From: Schmidtea polychroa
Lineage: Eukaryota
Reading direction: 5' to 3'
Assembly (NCBI GenBank): GCA_044892525.1
Contig: CM097886.1
Location: 63,922,001 to 63,986,000 of the forward strand
Length of the DNA: 64,000 nucleotides
Shown piece after piece: positions 48,430 to 62,356 of the stretch. The position numbers were made by a program, and so were the translations under genes. The notes beneath the pieces are model-generated. The model was given only the letters and a program-made list of their open reading frames with translations. It was not told where the DNA came from and did not search any database. Position 1 is the first letter of the stretch, and every line of letters begins with the position of its first letter.

Positions 48430-48655
48430 AGAACTTCTGATTTCTTTTTAATTGACTTTGTATTTATTAAAAGAAATTGACTACGAATCAGTAAAGATAT
48501 CGATGTTTGTTTTTATATTCATGAATTTTCGCCACAGCTTTTTTTCTTTTTTTCAAGTTTATAGCAAAATCACTTGAAAAAGTCTTCCGAAAATTCGTGA
48601 ATATCAAAAAAAACATCGATATCTTAACTGATTCGTGGTCAATTTTTTATTAAAT
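48425..48655 (+). repeat. Foldback repeat family A
   Basis: Inverted arms TTGACTACGAATCAGTAAAGATATCGATG...ATTTTC / GAAAATTCGTGAATATC...CATCGATATCTTAACTGATTCGTGGTCAA. Confidence 0.85.
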
Positions 48656-50064
48656 TATTATTATTACTATTAACTTAAATTAATATTTATAAACTAGATT
48701 GCATTTATAATTAAAATACAATCGATTTTAAAAGGCAATTTCTAAGAGAATTCCTGAAAACTACATGCAGATGTTTCTTCGATAAAATATCAAGTGTCAA
48801 TGATATGTGAAAAAGGCAACAGATCAAAATGAATATTTAAACTGTTTAATAAAACCAATTTCAAACCAAAAGAAAACATTTGGAGATAAATTTTATTATA
48901 TATTTTCATCAATTAAAACAGTTAAAAAATCGATACATTATCTTATTAATTTAATTCTATATTATCTGTGGAAAATGTCAAGACAAAATAATTGTTTCAA
49001 AATTACAATTGTTTAACTAATCTACTGGCTACTGATATTACATTACAAACCATTAAGGAATCTTCTCTAATTTGCCCTTAAATAATTTTTCCTGGCTAGG
49101 AAATTAATATACAGAAATTCTTTTATAAAGAAATATATATAGTAAATGTGTGCTTTAAAAACCGAAAATTTCCTAAGTTGTACATTGCTGCAGTACACGT
49201 GCAAATCAAATCGTAGAAAGAGAAAATAATCACATACAGAGATAAAAAGATAAAGTTTTCCTTAAATTTTGGAGTTAAGAATGAAAATGTTTAAATAGAA
49301 ATTTCGAAAATCTACAAATAAAAATTTTATATTCTATTTCAACAACTAAAATTCAACCGAAAGACACATTTTCCAAAGTATAGTTTTACTAATTAATTGC
49401 TTAGTTGAACAATAAGGAAATCATGAAAACTAAAGTATAAATTAGTGGTCAAAATATATGAATTGAACAAATGAATTTATTGTATATACGCATTTTTTTA
49501 ACCAATAAGTAAGCTATATTTCAGCTTTTTTACTTTATACAGATTAGTTGACACCTCCGCTATTCAAACTCTATTGAAAACTTTGATTCAAAATAACCTT
49601 CGTGGTTTCTAGGTTTTGCAAACTATAATAGAACTTAATGAAGTACAACAACAATAAAAATATTTCACAATATAAAAAAATCTTGATAAAAAAATAGTTT
49701 TGTGTCGTTTCGTTATTTTTGTAATAAAATAGTTGTGATTAGGGTTTAATATTTAACGAGAAATTATGAATTTTGAAAATTGTGAAATTTCTAAATTCAT
49801 TCTCGACAATTCAAGATTTTTTAAAGGAAATGTTTAACATTATATTATATAATAAAGAAGAATACACGAAAGAAATAATAACATCATGTTTTAATTTAAT
49901 AAAATAAAATAAAGTAATACACAGTTCTAGTTTACTGATATTTCATTACCCTAATAATTTTTATTGTGATATATTCTTTGCATACAGCATTTATTAATAG
50001 ATAATTTAATGAAATTCAAAAAACTGAAAACAAAATACATTCTTTCTAAAATTATTTAATCAAA

Positions 50065-50200
50065 AATAACAATTGACATATTTATTAAAAAATTAACTAT
50101 GAATCAATAAAGATATAAAAACATCGATATCTTTATTGGTACATAGTCAATTTTTTAATAAATATAATGCCAATTGAAAATGAAAAGAAATAAGAGGCGA
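50065..50200. repeat. Foldback repeat family A, collapsed copy
   Basis: AATTGACATATTTATTAAAAAATTAACTATGAATCAATAAAGATAT...ATATCTTTATTGGTACATAGTCAATTTTTTAATAAAT. Confidence 0.75.
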
Positions 50201-50519
50201 AAATCAAAAGAAGTTGAACCTATTGATTATAACTTCAACAAGAATTCCAAGATATTTTAAGAATTTGCTTTGATATTCTTTTAATTCCAATTTCATAAAG
50301 TCATCATACATAGCTTGATGTTTATTTATGAAATGCATATCTTTATAAGTTCTGTTGAAATTCATCAAATTCTTCACTAGATTGAACTTTTCCATTGAAA
50401 TTTGAATTAAGTATACTTTTAAGTATATCCTTTTTTAAATACAAAACCTTCTTTTAAAATTCCAAAATAATAATTCCAGAATCACAAAATAATTATTCAA
50501 AAAAAATTATTATTTAAAC

Positions 50520-50859
50520 CAGTGTTTCCCAAACGGTATGCCGTGAGGTTGAACCAGGTGTGCCGCGAGACTTTTTTTCTCAAAAAAGTTGGTAATAAAA
50601 AAATTTACAAAAGCTATATCAAGTTTTTTTACTATGAAAAAGTCGCTTCTGTGGATCAAAATTACAAAAAAATTGTCTTTATTACCTTATAAAAATCTCT
50701 CGCAATCATATTTAATTAGTATAGACTAAAAAGTAGCTTTTTTATATATCATTGGAAAGTCAAAAAATTTGTAAAAATATTTGATTTTTGGGCAGGTGTG
50801 CCGCGAGCTTTTTTAAATTTTTTAGTGTGCCGTGAGCGAGAAAAGTTTGAGAAACACTG
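50520..50859. mobile_element. hAT-Charlie-type MITE (340 bp)
   Basis: TIR CAGTGTTTC(C/T)CAAAC (14/15) and perfect 8-bp TSD ATTTAAAC. Confidence 0.93.
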
Positions 50860-53399
50860 ATTTAAACGAGTTAAAAAAATTTGAGTAACTAGCACAAAAT
50901 ATCCTGATTTTATTTATACCTTGAAAAATCTAAGGTTATTTTCTACCCAGCTACTTTGATCTTAGATTAAAACAATTCAAATATTAACCTGAGATAGTTC
51001 TGATACATTTGGTGAATTTTCTGTTTAAGATATTCAAATCAGTGTTTAAAGGGATTTTTTAGTTTATTAGAAGATAGGAAGTGATTAAGTAATTTTTTTG
51101 TCAATTTTAAATATTTATTTAACAGAAAATAAAAAGGTATGTAAAATACGATATAAAACAGAAAACAAAAAAAACAAAATTAAAATTACAAAACAGATCA
51201 GACTGAAAAACTGTTCATTTCACTATTTTTATAATTTTGTAGCTGTATTTTTATCCGTTTTATAAATTTAAATATGTAAATGTATACATAAATCAGGCAA
51301 AAAAATATATACCACCAGGAAGTTTGTGAGCTTTGGAAATGTATTTTGTAGAATATTATAAACGATTTATACAAATAAAAATTACCAAATTACAATAAAA
51401 ATTAAAAAAAACTATTTCTTTGACAAATAAATAATGAATAGAAATAAACAGCCATTATCCTTACAGTGATAAAAGAAAATAAAATGATTTAAAAAAAATT
51501 TTGAAACTCATTAAAAATAATTAGCGTAATTTTTTCTTTTCAAAATATTTAAAATCCAATCTAGAAACTTCCTGACTTATCGTTTAGAAATTATAAGAAC
51601 TTGCCGACTGATCAGGTTAAATTTCAAAATTTTTCTCTCATGAAAAAGTAATGTTAAAAATTAATACTAGTCTCTCATTTTTTCATCAATCAAAATCTTA
51701 AAGTAATCAGTAAAATTCGACATAAAATTATTGAAAAAAAATTAACCCAATATGTTTCACGGAGATTCAGCATCAAATTAACGATTAATTTACAACCCGC
51801 AGGAAATAGTATACCGGATTTTCCACATTCATTTATTTAATGAAACTGAAATTTTACTATTAATTACTTTTAGATCATGTCAGTTTGCCAATACCATAAA
51901 AATTGGATGAGAAAATATAAAAGATTCGTTGATTTAAACAAATTAATCATTATTAGATACATTATAAACTATAATATTGCAAATATTGTTTATTTAATCG
52001 ATACAATTTTCACACAAAATTCTATGATTTTCCATAAATGATTGTTTGTGGCAGAAATTAACAGTTCATCATTTTGAATGAAACAACTTATGTGGCAAGT
52101 ATAATTAAATAACAATAACCAATTTAAAAACACTGAATATTGTAATAATAATTTTTATACTAGCATATCTTGTTAAATTCTATAATGAAATTATCTATTA
52201 GAAATTCTAACAAAATTTTAATAATTTATAATAAATTATGAAATAGTAAATGAAAAACATTGTAAAGGATTTTACAACTTCAGATTAAAATTATTTAATT
52301 ATTTTACGAAAATAAATTTGAAGTTAAATAATATTGAAATAAATACATCAACATGTTACAATANNNNNNNNNNNNNNNNNNNNNNNNNNNNNNNNNNNNN
52401 NNNNNNNNNNNNNNNNNNNNNNNNNNNNNNNNNNNNNNNNNNNNNNNNNNNNNNNNNNNNNNNNNNNNNNNNNNNNNNNNNNNNNNNNNNNNNNNNNNNN
52501 NTATCAGTTTTAATAACTTTTAAACTAAATTATTACAGCTAATCTTTTTATCTCAGATGTTATATCTACTATTCATTTTTACGTTAATTAGTTAATAACT
52601 TTCATTAGGCATGTTTACTTTCATTTTTGCTCTATCATTTATAGTGCATTATAATTTAACGGTTAATGAGAACAAAATAATAATGGCGCATTTGAAAGAC
52701 ATTGAATTCTGTCAAGAAAACCAAATTAATATTTCTGAATCGTTTATAATTTACATATGTTACATGAAATAAATCCAAAAAACTTTATGAATTGGAGAAC
52801 AATTATTAAATAAAATGTACTCGAGTTTCATTGTGAAAGTGTTTTACATAGCTATGGATAAATGATTCAGAAAGTTGTCACTCTCAGTGCTTATCAAAAA
52901 GAATAACATGGTTTCTATATGGATTCTTTAGAGAATCAGAAAGAAATTGAAAAAACTCCGACCAATAGAAGCTACTAAGGAATTTATGAATATTTATGAA
53001 TACAAAATTTGCTTTTGAAAATAATTCGAAAACTTAACTTGTAAGCAGATGTATCTTAAGACCTAATAAGAGGAAGTAATTATGAAAGTTTTTCCAATGG
53101 GAGATATGTACTTTCACTCAGACAAGCCAAGATCCCTTAAAGACTATTCAGATTATTATTCATTTTGGAACTCACTGAATTAAAATCCCTTTCAGTACTT
53201 TTATGGCAGCATATATTCGTTCATTATTAGACCCATTGGATACCCGTTGTGGCCATCTATTTGCGACGCCGCCTGTACGGTTGTCAGTCGTTTACAGTAG
53301 TAGAAAACTATTTAGGTTGAGTTCAAGTATTGTACCAAAACCCACAGGTGGGAAGTATATACACCGCCTCAAAAGTGTTAACATTTCAGTAAATGTATA

Positions 53400-53478
53400 A
53401 TTTTCACTATATATGGAGACCACAGAATGGAGCGAGTCACGCACTTTTGTCATGGACTAGAAATAATTGAGAACCCTG
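53400..53478 (-). mobile_element. hAT-like terminal fragment
   Basis: Minus strand CAGGGTTCTCAATT...; partner end not found. Confidence 0.4.
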
Positions 53479-55398
53479 GTTTAACTGAAAGTATTTTTTC
53501 ATGGAAAATAAAAATAAGTTTGATAATAGAATGAATTTTCTATATATCTAATAAAATATTATGAATTGTAAAACTTTTTTTCTTTTTATCAGTGGGTTTT
53601 TAATTTCGGGTCAATAAGAATAAATAAATTTGCTTTAAAAATATTTATCATGATTGTAAAAAATAATATTTTAGATCTTTGATTATTCATATGAGTTATT
53701 ACTATAAAATTGTGTATTAAAAGCTATAAAAATTGTGTTTTTTGAAATGATCGAAAATTCATATGTAATATTTGTTAATAAATTATAATCTTTAAGTTAT
53801 AAAAAAATTGTTCTTTTAACTCAAATTGTGAAATTGAATCAGTATTAATCATTTTACAGATTTGTTTATATATTAAAATAAATCTTAGCTGCTTGTAAAA
53901 TTATCAAAATATAATCTATCAGTGACAGATAAAATCTACAATAACATCCTGCAAAATCAAAAAACTTTATCTGAAATTAGACGTGGTGAAGAGATTTCCG
54001 AAAGATGGTAAACNNNNNNNNNNNNNNNNNNNNNNNNNNNNNNNNNNNNNNNNNNNNNNNNNNNNNNNNNNNNNNNNNNNNNNNNNNNNNNNNNNNNNNN
54101 NNNNNNNNNNNNNNNNNNNNNNNNNNNNNNNNNNNNNNNNNNNNNNNNNNNNNNNNNNNNNNNNNNNNCTAACCAATCTAATTATCAACGAATTTATAAC
54201 TGTTCATAAATTCATATTATTAAAATTAAAATGTATTTTGAAAATAAATTAATAATAAATAAAATATATATTTAATAATTTTTTACATGTATAAAATTAC
54301 AAGTAAATATTAAAATATTAATAGCTTATAAAGGCGTAGTTTTCATAAATTTCTAAATAGTGTAATTGGCAGCATTTCGGGTATGAAGGAGGTTTGATTT
54401 AAAAAGATTTTTTAAATGTTAAAACGACAAATATTGGTAATTTTAATTATTTTACTTTATTTATTTCATAAACTAGATCAAATTTATTAGTAACATTTTA
54501 TTATCTACAATTATTTACTTAGTATATTGTTTATGTTAATTGAAAAGCCGAATTGTTCAATGAATAACTTATAAGTGTGGAATTCAGTCGACATAAATCT
54601 TTATGAACAATCGTCAATCAGTCTACTAAAATCCCATTTAATGAAATATATTAATAACCAAAAAACTTAATCCGAATTCTAAAAATACCTTTTCCATCTA
54701 TCGATATTATTATACTTTTATCACTTCTTGATAATGTCATTATTTAATTTGAGAACTGAAAATATTTGTCAAAGAAAATAGCACAAATGTCAGCTAAATA
54801 ATATTCCCATCTCTACCTCCAGAATCAGATAATATTGGAGATAAAATTTAATATTTTCTTATATTGATTGAAAAAAAATTATTGATCGAATGGAAAAATA
54901 TAATAAGACATGATAAATATATATTTTTTCTTTAATTTTTTTTTGTATTATTATTATTATTATTATTAATATTATTATTAATATTAGTCGAGCACGAAAT
55001 TAAATCGGATAATATAAAAAAGAAAGAAAAGAAATTATAAGATAGTTCCAGCAAAAATTTTAAATTCAAAATTCTAGAAGATAATCATTGGCAATTTGAT
55101 AAATAATTCCGATTAATGAAATATTATTCATCAAATTGGATATGAATACCGATCAATATTTCACATTGACAATCCAATTGGAATTACAGAATCAATCTGA
55201 ACCCGAACAACAGTGCTGACAATTCACTGACAAATATTATCTACAATCACTGCTGTTGTTTGATCACAAAATCAATGCTAACAAAAATAAAAGCATTTTA
55301 AAATTTGTATTAAATGAAAGAATTATTAATTTCCACATAAACATTTTTTCATTAAAATTAAATTTTGGAATTTCTTAGCATTTCGTAAGTGGTATAGA

Positions 55399-55433
<35 letters not shown>

Positions 55434-55538
55434 ATATACAGATGGTATAGAACAAAGTTAAATATAACAAAACGTCAACGATTTAATATACTCCTTTTCC
55501 TATCATGTTATCGAATAGAAATCAGAACAATTATATAG

Positions 55539-55745
55539 ATTATAAGAACTTTTATTCAATTTTCACCACTGATTTCTTTTCAATTGACATTGTATTTATT
55601 AAAAAACTTAACTATGAATCAATAAAGATATCGATGTTTATTTTTATATTCACTGTCTTGAAAAAACCAGTGCTGAAAATTCGTGAATATCAAAAAAACA
55701 TCGATATCTTTACTGATTCAAAGTTCAGTTTTTTTAATAAATTCG
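55539..55745 (+). repeat. Foldback repeat family A
   Basis: TATAAGAACT...TTTCACCACTGATTTC start, with inverted arms around a short variable centre. Confidence 0.85.
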
Positions 55746-57600
55746 ATATAAAAGTGAAAATTAATTAAAACAACTAAATAGTCATAGCTAAAATTTACTT
55801 GGACTTGTGTTGAAATTCAATATTAAGTTCCAAAAGAAAGGAAATTAAAGAATAGAAAAAGGTTTAAAAAGTTCAGAAACGAAATTTTAATTTAATAGAA
55901 AAGAAAAGCTTATTCCTTATCTTATCATCACATGTATTATGTGTATTATAATTATGTCGAGGGACATGTTAGTAAAAAGTACTACCTTTTATAAATTTTA
56001 TTACGAAGGGAATGCAATTTGCCGTTAAATTATAAAATGCACGTATTATAATTGAATACAAATAATAATTAATTTTCAATATTAACTTTTTATCAAATAT
56101 TAAACAAACTGAACTAGTTGTAAATAATAATTATAAAGAAAATTCTTATGAAATCAAGAAAATGCAATCTACTTGAATGCGATTTCTATTCTAGATATTA
56201 CGGTGTCTTGAATTTTAAGCTCCATACATTTTAATATTAAAATATAAATATTACCTTAAAATAATAACTGATATTTTTATTTAATATTTTATATCTTCCT
56301 TAGAATAAGAAACAGTATATTATATTTAAATACACTTCTAGATGAAATTATCATCATAAAAAATATTTTAAATATACACAGTATATTACGGAAAATAGGT
56401 TTGTTAAATCTGGCGCATCTGCGCATATGCGTAATAGGTACGCGTCTAGGCCTCCCAAATCTTGAAGGATGAAATAAAAAATTTAATTATAAAAAAAAAC
56501 ATTCTTGAATTTTGACTTTAATGACCTATTTTAAATATAGGCTAAATTTTATATTTTTACACTTTTGCACTCACATAAAAGTATATTATTTTAATTTATA
56601 ATTATCTTTCTTCATTTGGGCTAATAATTGATTTTTATACAAAACAACATCAAACTTGCTAGCCGCAACGGTCGTCTGCTGAAATTAAAGTTTTCGTCTG
56701 ATAATTTCTTCATTTTTGATTTTAGAACTTAATGTATTTTTGGGCAACTTTGGTCACACTACAAGTCTTAGACTGTCAATCTGCAGGTTTAGAGGGGCCC
56801 AAAAAACTTTGAGCCAATAGCCCCATTTTGAATATAATACTAAATATAACTGTCTGTTCTAAATCTCTATTGTGATCAGCTGATTGTTTTTCACTCTTAT
56901 TTTGCTAAAATTTGCTCAACATATAAACAATAATTTTCATCCATACACATCAAATCTATATCATTTGTGAATGGGCGGTGGGAATAGTTATACGGTTTTT
57001 AATGAAAAATTGTTATTTAGATTGTCTGAAACTAACACTATTTCTATATCAATGATACATTTCAATAATCAAGATAACTCCCGATTTAGTTACAATTTCT
57101 CTACATGAAAAAAGCATTTTCGAATTAAATTTTACCGTTACTTTGGTTCAGATTGATTTAAATTAATGGCGCACTACTCTAAACACAAGACAAATAATTA
57201 TGCACTTGTTTATTTGGTTGAAATATGCGTTGATCGTGAAGTCATTTTCTCTGGAGTATATTTTTTATTTTACATAATAATACCAGTATTGAAATAAATA
57301 TTTATTCATTATTCTCATTCGGGAATTTTATTTAAATTAAATTGTCATAATTTATATATCTAACCGATCGTATTATAAAAGTAAAACTTCAATAATCGTA
57401 CATTATTGTACACATTTAGTACACATTTATTAGAAATTTCTGTAATATAATTTCTAGTAAATCTTTATTGTATCATATTATACTTCTAAATTTTTATTTA
57501 AACTTTTAAAATTTTTATTATTCATCTATTCGTTTTCTACTGAGAAAATTGCTTTCTAATCTATCTTATAAAGTGAAAGATAGTAAAAATTTCTTGAAAA

Positions 57601-57649
57601 TAACCCGAACAGTTTTGATAAAATTTATTTAATGTACCTGTTCGGGTTA
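57601..57649. repeat. 12-bp inverted repeat, 25-nt loop
   Basis: TAACCCGAACAG ... CTGTTCGGGTTA. Confidence 0.8.
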
Positions 57650-57723
57650 GAAAAAAGTTATTGAGTTACACTTTGAAAATTAATTTAGTTACCAAACTGA
57701 ATTTAAAATTTTTGTGTATAATT

Positions 57724-59680
57724 ATTCTCGGAAAAATGGAATACAGCCTCCTCTTAAAGATGAGAATTTGTTAAAAGAGATACTGAATAAATTAATTAAA
57801 AATAAGCAAATTGATGAAGAGTTGTTTAAATCTATTCGCCCAATGGAGTCACAACAAGCAAAAATTTGTGGGCTTCGAAAAATCCATAAAGATGGCGTGC
57901 CTATGAGACCTGTATTATCCATGATTCGCACTGCCCAGTATAAAATAGTCAAATTTTTGGATGGATTATTGAAACCATTAATACCATCTGAATTTGAATG
58001 TAAAGATAGTTTTGAATTTGTTTCCTGCATTGCACAATATGATAGACAAAGTTTGGATGAAATTATGGTTTCGTTTGATGTTTGTAGTCTGTTTACTAAT
58101 GTACCATTAATTGAAACAATTGAATAATGTTGCTTGTTATGGAATGAAAACATTTCTGAACATCATATTTTGGATGGAAGAGCATTTCGTGAAGTTCTTG
58201 TATTTGCAACTTCAAAAATCAATTTTCTTTTCAATGATGAATGGTATCAACAAATTGATTGAGTTGCTATGGGTTCTTCTTTAGCACCAACAATGGCTTC
58301 AATTTTTTTAGCAAGCTTAGAAAAGAAAATTGCATCTTTTCAATGTATGAAACCCACTGTTTATAAACGGTATGTGGATGATATTTTTCTTATATTTGAA
58401 AATCAGAGGTATGTTGACCCGTTTTTGCATTATATGAATAGTCTACATAAAAACATTTATTCACATGTGAAACGGAGAAAAAATCATCACTTGCTTTCTG
58501 GGATCTGTTAATACAACGCAAAGAGAAACGCTATGAGACAGAGATTTATAGAAAACCAACTGATATTGGTCTCTATACTTCATCCGAAAGTTTTTGTGAA
58601 TTCAAGTATAAAAGAAATATGGTGAAGGGTTTGATTTATCTTTCACGGTTTTTGTCTTCTACTTTTGAAAATTCAGTGAAAAGTGTTGACAAAATGGTTG
58701 AAATGTTAATGAAGAACGGTTAATTACAATCCTTTTTAGTAATTATGGTAAAAGAGACTGTTGACAAATTTATTAAAAATCCTAAGGATCCATGTTTGAG
58801 AAATTCTGGGTGTGATCTTGTTGAGGTGTGTGAGTTTGATAAGTTAAAATCTGGGTGTGATTTTGTTGAGGTGTGTGAGTTTGATGAGTCAAATAAATTA
58901 AATAGTGTGAGCAAGAATGATGAGCCTAAATTTGTGTTAGTATTGCCGTACTCAGAAGGTTTTAAGGATTATAAAGTGAAGATAAGAAAGCAGTTAGGGA
59001 TTTTAAATTATAGGATAGTGTCAACTTCATGGAAAGTACGCAATATGCCTATTAACAAGTCAAAAACTCCGGTCGAATTGTGTTCCGATCTCGTTTATCA
59101 GTTTACATGTAATGGGTGTAATGTCACATACATTGGAGAGACTTCCCGTCATATCTGTATTCGAGCTCGAGAACATTGTAGACCGAAAACTTTGACCCAT
59201 ATTAGTGAGCACAATAAGGGATGTAAGATTAAAATAGATATGTCTGATTTTAAAATTTTATTAAAAAATTTCGATAATTATTGGGAATGTGTGATTTGTG
59301 AGGCGTTGTTGATGAAGTCATTGAATCCAAAAATTAATGTGCAGAATGCAGTGAATAAATGTATTTTAAATGTTTTTAAATAATTTTTTTCTTGTATATT
59401 GTATGTATTGATTGTTGTGTTAAATTAAATAATTAATAAATTTTTATAAATTCTTAAATTATATTTTGAATGTTTAAAATTTTTAAAAATATATTAATTT
59501 AATTATAATTTTTAAAAATAATTAAATGTTTTTATTAAATAAAAAAGTTTTTATATAATTAATAAATGTTTAAAATCCTTAATTTACATAGTTATTATAT
59601 CCCACCTGGTGATGACAGGAAAATTGTCGAAATATATCGTAAAAAGAATGTTTGATTGGTGTTTTCTTATAATTAAGTAA
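57724..59680 (+). mobile_element. 5'-truncated, decayed Penelope copy with 3' pLTR
   Basis: Colinear with ~8115-9975; stops and frameshifts; in-frame 45-bp tandem duplication at 58806-58895. Confidence 0.93.
59603..59641 (+). ncRNA. Mutated Penelope hammerhead (core CTGGTGA), probably inactive
   Basis: CAC-CTGGTGA-T-GACAG-GAAAA-TTGTC-GAAA-TATA-TC-GTA. Confidence 0.7.
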
Positions 59681-62315
59681 ATTAATTTTATTTGATGATT
59701 ACGCAATTATGCCAATACGTCAAAATATTAAATTTCACTGAAACAAAATTTATAAAATATCTAATTGCCGTAATATGGTGTCAACGGTGCCTACCGCTAT
59801 ATGGCTGAACAAGCACCCTTATGAAGCGGTGATATGAGTCAGGCTGCATCATTGCTACACCCTGTCAACAGTACTGTAATGATATTTATAATATTTATTA
59901 TTTACAAACTTATATGAACGAATAACTTGTTGGTTTTTTGTTATTTTATCATTTACATGTTTAACATTTAATTTATACTTAGAATAATCTAAAACGAGGT
60001 TCTTCAACATGGGTTCCTTAAAACTTTTAAGAAGTTCTTGGCACATTCTATGCATGAAAGAGTACATTGATTAAAGATCAACTTTTAAAAATTTGGCTTT
60101 TATGAAACTATTCGTTCTTTTCTAAAAAAGTCAAAGTGGACTCTGTTTGAACTTCCATTGAAAACGGATGCCAAAACTTATTGCATTAAGAAACCTAAAG
60201 CATTTTTAAAGAAAGGTTACGTGAGTAATTTTGTAGATTATTAGGGTTCAAATGATCTGAAACGGTTGAGTACCCCTGTATTAAAGTGAACTTAAACAAT
60301 TGAAATTAATTGTTATCCTAAAGCTGACGACGTTCATAAATTTACATAAGCAATGAGACATTGGAAATCTTAAAGCAATTTTGGAATTTGGCAATTTATT
60401 TGAATTTTTCAGGATTTCTCCAATATTTTTATTGTTAAAATATTTTATTTTTCAAGATTTCTTTGAAATATTTTTTTTGATAATGGATAAATATTGTGAA
60501 GTGCTTTCTTGCATATTTTCAATGTATGTAATGGCAAATGTTTAAAGTGCAAATAAAATTTATTGACACTTCTTTTTAATTATAAATTCCTTTTTGAATT
60601 GTTTATGTTTCTATCTGTTATACAAAAGCTAAAAGTAAACTTTTTACAATTAAATTACTGTCGTTTTCTAATATTAGTTAAACACAAAAATCGCTCTCGG
60701 TATCTAATTGGTTTTCTTACTCAATCTGGGATTTCACGCATTTCTACTTTTTTATTTTATTTTTTTATACCTTGGTTTATACCTTTCTTTCAGTTTTGAA
60801 CATAACTTTATCTACTTTTTTAAACATGATTTTAAATAAATTGAAGTGTTATTCGTATGTCGGAGTCTCATTAGCTGTCCAATAAAACATTATATACTTA
60901 ATTCTATTTTCCTTTTACGTGAATTCTCTTGGAGAAACAATGGAAAATAAATTTAAAAAACAACATTTTAATAAAAATATATCAACCAATCAATTGAATT
61001 ATCACTTATATAGCGCCAATAAAAATCAGAATCGGAATGATAATAAATTTGATATTGTTATTTTGTTTATTATTTATATATTATTATTAATATAAAATTT
61101 TATTCAATATTTATTAAAATTGTGTAATTATGTAATTAGAAAATATTTTAAAAAAGATAAACCTAAAAACGAAATGTCTTTTAATTAGTGAAATCTTTAA
61201 AGACATATGCATGAAAATAAACATTGAATACTGCACAACATTGATAGTCATTTTATTAAGAAAATAAATCAAAATTTATAAATTCAAATAATTATTGGTG
61301 CAGAGTTTTATTTCATGATTTTACTGTATAAATAAATTAATAATTAAGGAAATAAATTATTTTCTTAAAACATTCTTAAATAATCAGTGGCAAAATTACA
61401 ATTAATTCTATTAATATTAAATCAAAAAAAATTACTTTTGTTTGTTCACAAGCATTTCAAACATAAAATTTTTTATTTCATTATTCCTTTGTAAGTTTTA
61501 GTATCGTGAATGTAATAAAATTCGCAAAATAATAATAATTACAATACAAATTTCTGTTTTTTTCTATTGCAGATCTATCATATTCAAATTCAGAAAGGAT
61601 AGAATATATTAAATGAACTTTTTTGTTTTCCATGTTTCCGTTTTGAAATATTATTTTAGTATGACTCGCTATTTTCAGTCCACTAGATTTTAATAGTTTA
61701 TTCAATAGTGTAATCAAATTTTTTCAAATACTAAAATTGATCAATTCAATCAAAAAGTACGTTGTCAAATAAAAACCACCAGAATTTCTCCTTATGTTTA
61801 ACACCATGTTGAAAGAATAACTCGCAAATAACTTATTTAAGATACTAAAGTCTAAATCCGATGTGATAATTAAATTCGACACCATACTCTCAACAATAAT
61901 TAATGATCACCATTATTTTATAGTCATTCGAAAAGCAGAAACGTTGAATACGAAACATTCCAACGAAGGTTATGTTCACTCGAAATTTAATTTAGATGTA
62001 AAATAAATGCAAATTTGCAATCTGATTTCCCTTGTAATCACTAAATGTATTACTAACCTTAATTTTTAGTTTACAGTAGTTTAAATATATTCTTATTTTA
62101 GTAAGTATTATAAACGTAATTTATTTAATAATTCTAATCTCTTTCAATTTCTCTAGAATATTCTAATGACATTTACAAAATGAAATTAATTAATTTCTTA
62201 TTATTTCGAATTTGAAAAAGAATGAGTTGATTTTCAATGACTTGCCGATGACCCTTGTAAAATTGAGGCGAATATATTTATTTTATTGGTAATCGAAGCA
62301 ATTTTAGGTGTTCTA

Positions 62316-62356
<41 letters not shown>

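Noticed and set aside
1203-54252. ORFs containing long X runs
   Set aside because: They are artefacts of reading through N gaps
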